57,280 bases of DNA from Escherichia phage KS_W4, in sequence record PP627281.1; one strand, written 5' to 3'. Shown piece after piece: positions 19,800 through 28,979 of this stretch (its first letter is position 1; each line of letters opens with the position of its first letter). The position numbers and the translations under genes are program-made. The notes beneath the pieces are model-generated. The model was not told where the DNA came from. It did no database searches and was given only the letters and a program-made list of their open reading frames with translations.

Positions 19800-21333
19800 C
19801 GCTATAAGTCTATCAGATGTACAAACGTCCAAAGTAAACCTACAGGTAAATAGATTCCTGCAAGCTACAGGCGAAACTGATGTGGTTAACCATGCAGGGA
19901 CAGCTCAAATTTTTATCACTGATAATAAAAATTGGGGGGCTTACGATAAAGAATTAAAGCGTCATATCCCTTTGCCCATTTCACAGGGTGGGACTGGAGC
20001 GGTTACTATTGGTGACGCTAAGACAAATTTACAAATACCTTCTGTTGGTGCTGGAGACTGGTTGGAGATTGCTGCTCCTTCTGGCGTTGAAGCGGGGAAA
20101 TATTATCCAATTGTAATCAAAGCTCAATATGCCTCTTTATATGCTTCTGGTTTCTTTATAGATATACAAACTAGAAGCTCTAGAGGTTCAGATCCTATGA
20201 ACTGTTGTACATTTAACGGATTCATACGAACAGGTGGTTGGTCGGATAGGAAAGACGCTGGCTATGGATACTATAACCGATATGGTTCTAATGAGCTTGC
20301 TTTAAAATGCATATTGGTATCCGCTAAGAATGCTGAAGACAATATAGCTGTATATGTAGAAGGTAGAGCATTCCCAGTGAAAATGCGCATACCTCAATTT
20401 TGCACAGCTACGGCAGTCGCTTCAGCTTCTACATATGGTGAAGTGACATTTGCTTGGGGTACATCCAATCCTGCTACAGATTCAGTTGGGGTAAATACCC
20501 TATTTGATTTCTCTTTAAATAGAGTTGGTTTTTATCAAGCATCTACTGAAGGAAACTATTATATTGGTAACGGCCAACGTATAGTTCTTTCTAATGGGAT
20601 GTCCGTAGGGGATGAATTAACCTTAACCACACCTAAGATTACTTTCAGTGGCACAGTAGCAGCGGGTAACGGTTTTATTGCGGATGGGACGTCTGTATCC
20701 AATGCTACTTTTTATAGTCGTTATCGTGTCGGTGATACTGTTTACGGTGCGGAGTTCCGGGCTAGTGAGAATGCAGCCCAAGTTATTGTCGGAGACCCAG
20801 CAGGAACTAATCATCAATTCTTCAACTTTAATCTTAATGGTACATTTAGCGCGCCAAACGGTTTATTAAGCTCCACTGGTGTTGATTGGACGTTACGTCG
20901 GGACGCTACCGATTCAACTACCATGTTCCCACACCAGAAGGTTAGCTGGCTTAATGCTGGCTGTGAACCTATGGGCGATGGAAGGGTTCATTACTGTTGG
21001 ATTATGGGAGTGATACCGCCTACGCCTGGCACTATCGAACGACCCGTGAATGTGATGTATGTCGGCTTCCACCAGTTTAAAATCACGATCGCTCCAAACT
21101 CCATTAGTCAGTCTGATCTTGATCGTATGCACGTTTACGTCAGCGATGGTACAGACTTTGCAGGTGATTTTATTAATAAGTTTCTTGGTATGCAACCTGA
21201 GCAACCTGTAGAAGCTCGCGAGCACATTAGCCCGTGGCCGCCAATGATTGATCAGGAAGTGTTACAGCCAAAGACCGCTCAAACGGCCCCTCAGAAACCG
21301 GAGCAGAAGGTGAAACCAAATGACGAAGAATGA
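19780..21333 (+). CDS. tail fibre protein 2 / receptor-binding candidate
   Basis: about 517 aa; starts (GTG 19774 or ATG 19780) in a different frame overlapping the upstream fibre stop; N-terminus repeats the WGAYD...GGTGA...TNL motif. Confidence 0.5.
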   Translation: MVNFIGNAISLSDVQTSKVNLQVNRFLQATGETDVVNHAGTAQIFITDNKNWGAYDKELKRHIPLPISQGGTGAVTIGDAKTNLQIPSVGAGDWLEIAAPSGVEAGKYYPIVIKAQYASLYASGFFIDIQTRSSRGSDPMNCCTFNGFIRTGGWSDRKDAGYGYYNRYGSNELALKCILVSAKNAEDNIAVYVEGRAFPVKMRIPQFCTATAVASASTYGEVTFAWGTSNPATDSVGVNTLFDFSLNRVGFYQASTEGNYYIGNGQRIVLSNGMSVGDELTLTTPKITFSGTVAAGNGFIADGTSVSNATFYSRYRVGDTVYGAEFRASENAAQVIVGDPAGTNHQFFNFNLNGTFSAPNGLLSSTGVDWTLRRDATDSTTMFPHQKVSWLNAGCEPMGDGRVHYCWIMGVIPPTPGTIERPVNVMYVGFHQFKITIAPNSISQSDLDRMHVYVSDGTDFAGDFINKFLGMQPEQPVEAREHISPWPPMIDQEVLQPKTAQTAPQKPEQKVKPNDEE

Positions 21334-21604
21334 AGGTATTGATAAAGTTGTTGAAGGGCTTTCTATTCGCGCTCATGTTATAGCAGATGAAGGTCATGAT
21401 CAACTTACTATTATGAAATCCGCATTCAGCGATTTCAAGTCGCTTGGAAACTTAAGCGGGTTAATGACTGTGATGTCGACCGGAAAATTAACCCAGCAGC
21501 AAATCAGTCTAGCGCAACGTATTGCTGTTAAAGTTATTGCGGTACTTGGGATGATTGAAGCCGAAAAGCCCAGTTCCAAGCAGGATAACGAAAGCGACCT
21601 TTAA
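21320..21604 (+). CDS. hypothetical protein (possible fibre assembly factor)
   Basis: 94-aa ORF overlapping the end of the fibre gene; RBS AAGGTGAAA. Confidence 0.4.
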   Translation: MTKNEGIDKVVEGLSIRAHVIADEGHDQLTIMKSAFSDFKSLGNLSGLMTVMSTGKLTQQQISLAQRIAVKVIAVLGMIEAEKPSSKQDNESDL

Positions 21605-21615
21605 GGAGGTCTACT

Positions 21616-21819
21616 ATGTGTGGTAATACTAACCGTTGCTGTTTAGGCAGTCCTGCAACACAAGCAGGTATACTTCAGGGGCAATTGGCTCAAGCAGCGT
21701 GTAATTGCAAGACGTTTCAACCAGTAGCGCCAACTCCGTTGTTTGTGAATGCTTTTGCACCGCCTGTTTTCAATACTTTTGGCGTATACCCATACGGTGC
21801 TTTCTTTCGTATATTCTAA
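21616..21819 (+). CDS. hypothetical Cys-rich small protein
   Basis: 67-aa ORF with GGAGG RBS; last gene of the + block. Confidence 0.45.
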   Translation: MCGNTNRCCLGSPATQAGILQGQLAQAACNCKTFQPVAPTPLFVNAFAPPVFNTFGVYPYGAFFRIF

Positions 21820-21826
21820 GAAGAGA

Positions 21827-21850
21827 AAAGGGGCAAACGCCCCTTTCTTT
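21827..21850. terminator. bidirectional terminator between convergent blocks
   Basis: AAAGGGGC-AAAC-GCCCCTTTC hairpin between the end of the + block (21819) and the end of the - block (21849). Confidence 0.65.
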
Positions 21851-22127
21851 AACGCTTATGAAAAGCTGACAGGATTGCAAGTGTTACAGCACCCAATCCG
21901 ACGACGGTAGCATAAGTGAGTTGATGTTGAACTTTAACAAAACCGTAATAGGTGCTAGGGATCTCCACAATCCCAAACGCCATAGCAAAGCTGGTTCCAA
22001 GCAGTGCGACAGCAAGGGCGCGTAATAACGCCCTGCTCATTGCTGTGAAACCTTTCTCGTTACTGTCTCCGGTCATTATAACCACAATAATAAGAAACAG
22101 AGCAACAATTACTAGCAAGTATCCCAT
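21849..22127 (-). CDS. hypothetical membrane protein
   Basis: 92-aa hydrophobic ORF (ATG 22127; track begins at TTG 22130). Confidence 0.4.
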   Translation of the reverse strand: MGYLLVIVALFLIIVVIMTGDSNEKGFTAMSRALLRALAVALLGTSFAMAFGIVEIPSTYYGFVKVQHQLTYATVVGLGAVTLAILSAFHKR

Positions 22128-22333
22128 CAACGTCTTCTCCTGTACATGTATTGATCATAAGTAGTCGCAATAATAGTGACTGGCCAGCAAACAAGTATGC
22201 ATAGAAGACTCACAATTTTCTCCCAACGTTTCTTATGAGCTAGCGCATAATCATAATTATTCCAACAAAAGAAATAAGTCATTGCTGCAATCACAGCACC
22301 AATAATGAAATAAATAACTACATATTCATTCAT
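22127..22333 (-). CDS. hypothetical membrane protein
   Basis: 68 aa from ATG 22333 with GGGAG RBS; two hydrophobic segments; C-terminal RRRR. Confidence 0.4.
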   Translation of the reverse strand: MNEYVVIYFIIGAVIAAMTYFFCWNNYDYALAHKKRWEKIVSLLCILVCWPVTIIATTYDQYMYRRRR

Positions 22334-22515
22334 TAAGTAAACTCCCATTCTAAAGTATTACGATAGCTTGATGGTACATAACGCCCAGGACGAGGATCAA
22401 AACTTTTAACGGAAAATTCCAAAGTTCCTGCGCTATATAGTTGTACTTTTTGCCCGTCCCACGGTCCGCCAATTAGCTTAAAAGTCTGTCTGTAACCTTT
22501 TGCTGCTCTAGCCAT
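22333..22515 (-). CDS. hypothetical protein
   Basis: 60 aa from ATG 22515 with AAGGAG RBS; preceded by a terminator-like hairpin ACCCGCG-CGAA-CGCGGGT. Confidence 0.4.
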   Translation of the reverse strand: MARAAKGYRQTFKLIGGPWDGQKVQLYSAGTLEFSVKSFDPRPGRYVPSSYRNTLEWEFT

Positions 22516-22558
22516 ATTCACTCCTTAAAATACCCGCGCGAACGCGGGTATTATTTTA

Positions 22559-22765
22559 TTACGCTTCCGGTGATTCCGGAGTTGGCTCATCTGGAACAAC
22601 AATAACGTCGGCTAAAACTTTCAACGCTTCTTGCTGCTCAGCGGTCATATTATTCCAGTAATAGACGTGAATGTAAACTACTGGTTTATCCCCATGTTGC
22701 CACGGTTCGCGACTTACTACATCCACACCTAAATCACTTGCTACGCTCTTTTCTTTACCAGCCAT
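22559..22765 (-). CDS. hypothetical acidic protein
   Basis: 68-aa ORF with AAAGGGG RBS. Confidence 0.45.
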   Translation of the reverse strand: MAGKEKSVASDLGVDVVSREPWQHGDKPVVYIHVYYWNNMTAEQQEALKVLADVIVVPDEPTPESPEA

Positions 22766-22797
22766 GCTAATATACCCCTTTAAGGTTTTACACGCAG

Positions 22798-23091
22798 CTA
22801 GCCCCCAAAAGTACCCCTATGATCAAGGGTTCTAATGCGCTGCTCCAGCCAACGTGCGTTCTTTTCAAAATGTTTATTGGTACGAGCTGCTTTGCACGCA
22901 TCAATAATACCTAACTCACATCCAAGCTGCGTTTGTCCCATCACGTAAGAATGAGTTAACATGCTGGATACAAGGTCTTCACATTGTAACTTAATAGGAT
23001 GGTCTTGGCATAGTTTCTTTGCTGCATCTTTTAAATCCACAGCTTGGACACCAGGCGCTATCAGCAAAGTTACGAGTAATAAACGTTTCAT
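22798..23091 (-). CDS. hypothetical secreted/periplasmic protein
   Basis: 97-aa ORF with N-terminal signal peptide (MKRLLLVTLLIAPGVQA) and several Cys. Confidence 0.45.
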   Translation of the reverse strand: MKRLLLVTLLIAPGVQAVDLKDAAKKLCQDHPIKLQCEDLVSSMLTHSYVMGQTQLGCELGIIDACKAARTNKHFEKNARWLEQRIRTLDHRGTFGG

Positions 23092-23375
23092 TATGCTTTC
23101 CCTTTACGACATAAGGCTTGAAGTTCAAGAAGCGCATCAATGTCTTCCTGTGGAGTTACACCAACGTGAATTGGATATTTAGCGCGACATTCGTAGCCAA
23201 CGTCAACAGTGTGGTTAATGTAGCCGTAAACACATCCACCAATAACAGTGAAGATAAGCGCAACAATCATTGTAAGGTATTTACCTTGTTTGCGTTCTTC
23301 ATTTTGTTTATTAAGCTGACGGTTAAGTTCCACCGCGTCAATTTTACCTTTATTGTAATCGTCTACTAAGCTCAT
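23091..23375 (-). CDS. hypothetical membrane protein
   Basis: 94 aa from ATG 23375 with GAGGAG RBS; one hydrophobic segment; sits just after the polymerase terminator. Confidence 0.45.
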   Translation of the reverse strand: MSLVDDYNKGKIDAVELNRQLNKQNEERKQGKYLTMIVALIFTVIGGCVYGYINHTVDVGYECRAKYPIHVGVTPQEDIDALLELQALCRKGKA

Positions 23376-23400
23376 TTTGCATCTCCTCTTGTTGTATGCA

Positions 23401-23429
23401 TATATTAAAACAGACCCGCGAAGGGTCTG
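23401..23429 (-). terminator. rho-independent terminator after DNA polymerase gene
   Basis: On the minus strand: CAGACCC-TTCGC-GGGTCTG followed by TTTTAATAT. Confidence 0.6.
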
Positions 23430-23439
23430 CAAGTAGAAT

Positions 23440-25425
23440 TTAGGCATATCCCATGTCTTCGAGATACTTCTCTGCTTTAGCTATATAAGCATCATAATCT
23501 ATGTCGTCCGGTATTTTATCCGGTAGCGTCATGATTGGGACACCTCCCGCGCTACCAGCTACACGGTTGCCCGAGTTAGCATAGATTATTTCGGGAGTTT
23601 CTTCATTGGTGCTTAAATACCAGCGTACAACCTTACCCAAAAATTCGCCATTCCATACCGCGCCACCTTTCACCGCACGTAGGATAATGAATTTTCTAAT
23701 ATCGTTGCAATTGCGTATAGTACGAGAAACAGGCGTACCGTGGGCCAAACATTCACATACAGCTTCCATAATAATTTCACCAGTACAGTTCTTTTGAAGC
23801 CCTGTTTTCGCGAACCAGCCTTTACGTTTAATTTCAACATTTCCTTCCTCATCAGGTTCTTTTACTGCAACATAGTTATTGACGTTAGCACTGTACAGCT
23901 TGTCATAGTAGTTGGATTCCATTTCAAAGCCTGTCACAGACTCCCACCACTTGATCATGTCATCAACGAAGTCCTGCATGTGGTCAGGATACTTAACCAC
24001 AATACCATCCGTGTTAGCTGAAATTACTTTAACACCGTTCAGCTCAAACGCTTCAATGAGCATTAACAGCGATAGCTGTCCGGTGATAGTTACCTGTATC
24101 AATAATTGCGGCGCGTACAATACAGACCACATTGAACCCAATTTACCGAACGATCCGTTGATTACGATCTTCAGCGTATTGGCTGTGTTCTTGTCCCCTG
24201 AGTGCTTGGCCGCAATACGACGGTCTACAATGCTTTTATAAACACGAAGAAACGCTGGTCCCAACTGCTCAGGGTATAAGCCCTGATTAAGAATAATTGA
24301 AGGGTAATAGGACGTTACGTCAATGTCCCGCTTCTTAATACCTGGCTCTTTACCGTGACCAGCACACTCTTCGGAGCTATGCAAACCGCCAATACCCATA
24401 CGGTAGACACCGTCCGCAATCTTGATCTCAAGACCTGTTAACGCTGGAGGCAAGCTAACGCCACCGTTATCGCTAACAACAAAACGGCAGTCCCGAACAA
24501 TATCCAAAACACTATTCATCAGAGGTGTTTGAAAACGAATAAAGTCCGGTATGTTATATGCATACTTAGTTCCAGGATAAACTTGGGGACGCTGGGGGCG
24601 CACACCAGTTAACGCTTGAATTTCGTGTTTAATTACGTCTTCGGCAATCTGCGCATCAGAACGTGAACGCAGATCCACACCGTATTCTTGCGACATAATT
24701 TCACGAAGGTGCAAAGGCTCTTGCAATGCAATAAAACATTCTTCCGTCTGTACAAGGTCGTTAATACAGTACCAGCGTACAATTAACATCTGGTCCTGCG
24801 TCAACATTGTATTTGGCTTAAATGGTAAATCCTGCATACGGCGAGTATGTACACGTCCGCCATATTGTTTCAAACCACCAGATCCAGGCAGAACTTCCAT
24901 AATATCAATGTGGTTAACGTTCTGCATACGCTTAAGGCGGTAACTCTTCAACACATCGGAAGGACGCCAATCTTCCACGATTATCTTATCGGTTGCGTCT
25001 TTAAGCTGCGCATTAGAACAGCCGTTAAGCGCAAGCGTAGCAATGGGCATATCGTACCCGTTACCGTTAAAGCTTACGATAAGGAAGTTTGTCATTACCC
25101 AGTTAAGTAACAAGCAATTTAAACTACAACCGTGATACATTTCGAAGTAGACAACTTTCTTAGTTCGCACTCCGCGAAATGCAATTAAGAAATAGTTTGG
25201 ATAACATTCAATATCGTACACAAGCGGTTCGCGGTTAATCCATGCTTGAATAAGTTCGTCCTGCGTATACAGGTTGTATTGGAAGTTCCGCGCTTCTTCA
25301 AGGTTAGGCAGATAATCCGGGCGCTCCCAAGTGCGCTCCGGCGGTAAACGTTTAACCTTTTCTTTCTTTGCTTTTGGCTCAGGCGGTAAGTCCTGCCAAA
25401 AGAAACCAATAGCATCTGTCCGCAT
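23440..25425 (-). CDS. DNA polymerase, family B
   Basis: 661 aa from ATG 25425; exonuclease motifs YDIECY and FNGNGYD; polymerase motifs DVTSYYPSII (A), KIVINGSFGK (B), NTDG (C). Confidence 0.8.
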   Translation of the reverse strand: MRTDAIGFFWQDLPPEPKAKKEKVKRLPPERTWERPDYLPNLEEARNFQYNLYTQDELIQAWINREPLVYDIECYPNYFLIAFRGVRTKKVVYFEMYHGCSLNCLLLNWVMTNFLIVSFNGNGYDMPIATLALNGCSNAQLKDATDKIIVEDWRPSDVLKSYRLKRMQNVNHIDIMEVLPGSGGLKQYGGRVHTRRMQDLPFKPNTMLTQDQMLIVRWYCINDLVQTEECFIALQEPLHLREIMSQEYGVDLRSRSDAQIAEDVIKHEIQALTGVRPQRPQVYPGTKYAYNIPDFIRFQTPLMNSVLDIVRDCRFVVSDNGGVSLPPALTGLEIKIADGVYRMGIGGLHSSEECAGHGKEPGIKKRDIDVTSYYPSIILNQGLYPEQLGPAFLRVYKSIVDRRIAAKHSGDKNTANTLKIVINGSFGKLGSMWSVLYAPQLLIQVTITGQLSLLMLIEAFELNGVKVISANTDGIVVKYPDHMQDFVDDMIKWWESVTGFEMESNYYDKLYSANVNNYVAVKEPDEEGNVEIKRKGWFAKTGLQKNCTGEIIMEAVCECLAHGTPVSRTIRNCNDIRKFIILRAVKGGAVWNGEFLGKVVRWYLSTNEETPEIIYANSGNRVAGSAGGVPIMTLPDKIPDDIDYDAYIAKAEKYLEDMGYA

Positions 25426-26378
25426 TAGACACGTTCTCCAATTAATACACCGCGAAGATTTTCCCCAAAGAATGCGCAAGGTTGCGGATACAAACTAAAG
25501 TCCGCAGTCTTAACCACATTTTCAAGCAATAGCAGGATATCAATATTGTACACTCCCGTAATTGTCCGGTCCTGCAATACGAAGCTTGCACCTTCTGCAT
25601 CGTCGTAATGAGTACGGGCTAGACCGTTTTCAATATATACGCGAGGACGGTCTTCTGCAAACGGTTTAATTTTATGCAAGCCCTCAAATAGACCTGGATC
25701 AACAGGATGCGCATTGCATTGAACATTTAAAATACGACGTATATCTGGCCACTCCGCATCAATAAGCTGTGTCCGCAACCAGCGACCTTCCGGATAATGA
25801 AACGTCACATTGTTCTTGCTAACCTGAATATGTGTAGGGTTAGCTTTAATGCGCAATATTTCTTTGATAGCAACAGACGGTATTATGCAGTCTATAGGGA
25901 ACTGATTGCCAAACCAGTATTCCGCAATAGTCACGTTATTTGTAGCAAACAGGCTACCGTTATTAATCAGGATACCGCAAGCCCACGGACGGGAAGCATC
26001 GGAGCCTACAAACGGAGCAACGGACTTCACACCATGTACGAAGCGAGCACCGTCTATTTCATACAGATCCCCTTCAGGGGATACATGCGGAGTTTCTTTA
26101 TCGATGCAGCGTATAGCAACACGAAACGGGCCTGACTTGATATTCAGCTTACCGTTAGCCATCATTGTTAGCTGCACTGTTTCATCACAGTTTGAAATAG
26201 CTTTAATCATTGGACCAGCTTCAGGCTTGCAATCAATATCCAGCTCAATGGGGCTGCCCAGTGCAATAACACCGTTAAAGCCTTGTACCTGCCCGTCACG
26301 AATAAGAAAACTGGTAAGCCCTTCTACCAGTTCCTTTTTAGCGACGGAGCCTTGAACAAATTTAAGAGCGTCTAACAT
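25425..26378 (-). CDS. sliding clamp-like protein (beta-clamp fold, putative)
   Basis: 317 aa; three-part repeat architecture and sequence pattern reminiscent of DnaN-type clamps; translationally coupled to the polymerase gene. By-eye inference only. Confidence 0.4.
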   Translation of the reverse strand: MLDALKFVQGSVAKKELVEGLTSFLIRDGQVQGFNGVIALGSPIELDIDCKPEAGPMIKAISNCDETVQLTMMANGKLNIKSGPFRVAIRCIDKETPHVSPEGDLYEIDGARFVHGVKSVAPFVGSDASRPWACGILINNGSLFATNNVTIAEYWFGNQFPIDCIIPSVAIKEILRIKANPTHIQVSKNNVTFHYPEGRWLRTQLIDAEWPDIRRILNVQCNAHPVDPGLFEGLHKIKPFAEDRPRVYIENGLARTHYDDAEGASFVLQDRTITGVYNIDILLLLENVVKTADFSLYPQPCAFFGENLRGVLIGERV

Positions 26379-26605
26379 TAGCGATCCTCGATTGCTCTAA
26401 TTGTGGTTAAATCTAATTCACAGGTTGGAGGGTATCCATAAAGTCCCATTTGTTTTCCTTGTGCATTAAACCATGTGCCTGACGGATCCTGCCACTGCTT
26501 AGGTGTCTTGTGGAGAAATACTACTCTGTTTTCACCGTAATAATTAATTCTTACGCCTGTGTGAGTATATTTACGTTTACCTTTTGGTCTTCTTAAGTTA
26601 GCCAT
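26378..26605 (-). CDS. hypothetical protein
   Basis: 75-aa ORF coupled between the DpdA and clamp-like genes. Confidence 0.4.
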   Translation of the reverse strand: MANLRRPKGKRKYTHTGVRINYYGENRVVFLHKTPKQWQDPSGTWFNAQGKQMGLYGYPPTCELDLTTIRAIEDR

Positions 26606-27525
26606 CAGAACAACTCCATTACACGATCACGGAATGTGCCGTCATGGGTGGCGTTAATGTTTGCAGCAATTACACCATACGCCCATAAGTTGAAAGCAGC
26701 ACGTGATTCATAGATTGTTGACAAACGTTCGTAAGTGAAACCGTTTTGCTCAAGGTATTTAAGGACAGCGTCTTGTTCAATTTCAGTTAATGTTGAAACA
26801 TGCTTACCAAAATGATGGCGGTCCGGTGACTTATCTGATACGCGCATTGGTCCCCACGGAGGAGTAACTACACTTCCAAACGCTGCCGCTTGAATCCAGG
26901 AGGATGAGTCACAGCTATACCACGGGTAACGTTCCATAATGGTAGTGGACGTAATACCAAATGCATGAAGCTTAATCTTAGGACGACCGCTACCATCGCA
27001 AATATATTTGTCCCACATACGATCAAGCCAAGTTTTAAGTGTGTCCGTTGAACGCCCTACCATGCCACCAATCGTGATATATTCGTAGTTCTTCATGTAA
27101 TATTCAAGATAGCGGAAGTCTTCACCGAAGTGAAAGCAGGGTAACGGTTTGGCGCCTCGTGCTTCCATTTCAAGCTGGTTACGGTATGTCTGCAACGGAT
27201 CACCGATGCCATCGAGCACCGACGCCATTACTGCACCATCTTCTACGCGAAGGATGTCTTTGTTGCGCTTAATGTATTCGCAGTATTCAACAATATCAAT
27301 GTGAGCACCCAAAGAGTGCGCGGAGAATGCACCGGAGTCGAGAAACACTTTAGCCCCGTCCGCACGCATTTGATCAACATACTTCTGACGCCCAACGTAG
27401 TGGTACGATTCCAAAATATGGGGCAGGTTGCGAGTGATATTTTTCTCATGCTCGGATAGCTTTTCGTAACGCTGCTGTCCAGGCATATATCCGTTCGTGT
27501 AAACTGCTGCCATAAAAACGTTCAT
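26605..27525 (-). CDS. dpdA: DpdA-like DNA-guanine transglycosylase (TGT family)
   Basis: 306 aa; GGAGGA RBS; FLDSGAF motif and TGT-like length; adjacent to the preQ0 synthesis genes. Confidence 0.65.
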   Translation of the reverse strand: MNVFMAAVYTNGYMPGQQRYEKLSEHEKNITRNLPHILESYHYVGRQKYVDQMRADGAKVFLDSGAFSAHSLGAHIDIVEYCEYIKRNKDILRVEDGAVMASVLDGIGDPLQTYRNQLEMEARGAKPLPCFHFGEDFRYLEYYMKNYEYITIGGMVGRSTDTLKTWLDRMWDKYICDGSGRPKIKLHAFGITSTTIMERYPWYSCDSSSWIQAAAFGSVVTPPWGPMRVSDKSPDRHHFGKHVSTLTEIEQDAVLKYLEQNGFTYERLSTIYESRAAFNLWAYGVIAANINATHDGTFRDRVMELF

Positions 27526-27728
27526 TTTTGGAACGGTCCTCCAAACTGATCAATTAGTTCTAAAGTACGCCACGCTTCATTAAATGCTTCGTCCGCGCGA
27601 TGTTTAGCGTCAATAAGCTGCTGCTTTAAGACATCTGTAGGCGCATCATTCTGTATTGCAGAACAAGCATCCGCAGTACCTGCTTTAAGCTGGTAGAATG
27701 CTGTCTCTAAGATTAGTTGTCTTGACAT
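27522..27728 (-). CDS. hypothetical protein
   Basis: 68 aa from ATG 27728 with GGAGGA RBS, just after a terminator. Confidence 0.4.
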   Translation of the reverse strand: MSRQLILETAFYQLKAGTADACSAIQNDAPTDVLKQQLIDAKHRADEAFNEAWRTLELIDQFGGPFQK

Positions 27729-27742
27729 ATTTCCTCCAATGA

Positions 27743-27780
27743 CTAAAAAGCCCATACCAGTATTATGACCGATATGGGCT
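27743..27780 (-). terminator. putative terminator after folE
   Basis: AGCCCATA ... TATGGGCT stem (16-nt loop) followed on the minus strand by CTTTTTAG. Confidence 0.45.
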
Positions 27781-27799
27781 TGATCTGTAAAGCTATCTA

Positions 27800-28408
27800 T
27801 TATTTACAAGCTTCAAGGAACTCCCGGCGCCATTCTTTACCAATATTGCTACCATGCTCCAGTTCTGTAGCGCCCCGGAACGCTTTGGTAATAGTAGAGC
27901 TGCCACATACCTGCTTAACCCCGCGCGATTCCATGCACATATGCTTAGCATCGATATAAACACATACAGCTTTCGGATTTAGGTGCTCCTGGATAGCGTC
28001 TGCAATCTGGTTAGTTAGACGCTCTTGCACTTGCAAGCGACGGCTAAAAGCATCAACCACGCGAGACAGTTTACTGAGCCCCACAATGCGACCGTTAGGA
28101 ACATACCCCACGACAGCGCGACCGATAATAGGGGCCATATGGTGTTCACAATGACTGTAAACAGGAATATCACGAACAATAACCATTTCATTAGTATCTT
28201 CCGCCCCGTCCTCAAAGGTCTTAAACAGACCAGCAATATCTACATCGTAACCGCCGAACCATGTAGCATAAGCTTTTGCTACACGCTCCGGAGTTTCCTC
28301 CAGCCCTGGGCGCAGAACCGCGCTAACTTCAATTTGAGATAGTAAAGTACGCACAGCGTTAGCAATACGGAATTGAACACCTTCACTATTAATACTATAT
28401 TTAGACAT
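27800..28408 (-). CDS. folE: GTP cyclohydrolase I
   Basis: about 202 aa from ATG 28408 (AAGGAAA RBS); conserved CEHHMAPI segment typical of FolE. Confidence 0.75.
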   Translation of the reverse strand: MSKYSINSEGVQFRIANAVRTLLSQIEVSAVLRPGLEETPERVAKAYATWFGGYDVDIAGLFKTFEDGAEDTNEMVIVRDIPVYSHCEHHMAPIIGRAVVGYVPNGRIVGLSKLSRVVDAFSRRLQVQERLTNQIADAIQEHLNPKAVCVYIDAKHMCMESRGVKQVCGSSTITKAFRGATELEHGSNIGKEWRREFLEACK

Positions 28409-28442
28409 GGTTTGCAGTTTCCTTGTTGTTAATGTGGTCATA

Positions 28443-28979
28443 TTACAGGCTATAGTTTACGTGACATTTCGAAGTTTCTTCGATGGTGCATTCTACAAGT
28501 TGAACACCATGTTCGTCAAGCAGTTGCGGCCCAATTACTTCAACCATGTACGCAGCCAGATTTTCAGCAGTAGGATTGAACGGTAAAGACACCAGTGAAT
28601 CGTTAAAAGCTTTAAGATCTTCATCCCCTTCACCGAAAGTAGGCCAACCGCGTTCAGATTGAGTATCCGTTTCAATACAACATTGCAGTCCGTTGATCAA
28701 CATATCCTTTTCCCAATGTAGAAACTTATGATCCCAGTTATCTTCTAGCCACTGGCAGAGCGTAGTTTTAACCACACTAAAGTCAATCACGCGCCCAACG
28801 CTGTCCAGACCGTCCTCAATCAGCTTTCCTCGTGTCACTACTTTTCCGCATCCATGCTTCGGAGCAACCTTAAAGTGAAACTTATAGTTGTGACCGTGGA
28901 GGTGGCGACATTTGCTTTCGTGACCTACAACACGATGTCCGGCGCAAATTTCATGTGAACGAATTACTGTATAGCTCAT
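28443..28979 (-). CDS. queD: 6-carboxy-5,6,7,8-tetrahydropterin synthase
   Basis: 178 aa; CxxxHGH-type signature (CAGHRVVGHESKCRHLHGHNY). Confidence 0.7.
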   Translation of the reverse strand: MSYTVIRSHEICAGHRVVGHESKCRHLHGHNYKFHFKVAPKHGCGKVVTRGKLIEDGLDSVGRVIDFSVVKTTLCQWLEDNWDHKFLHWEKDMLINGLQCCIETDTQSERGWPTFGEGDEDLKAFNDSLVSLPFNPTAENLAAYMVEVIGPQLLDEHGVQLVECTIEETSKCHVNYSL

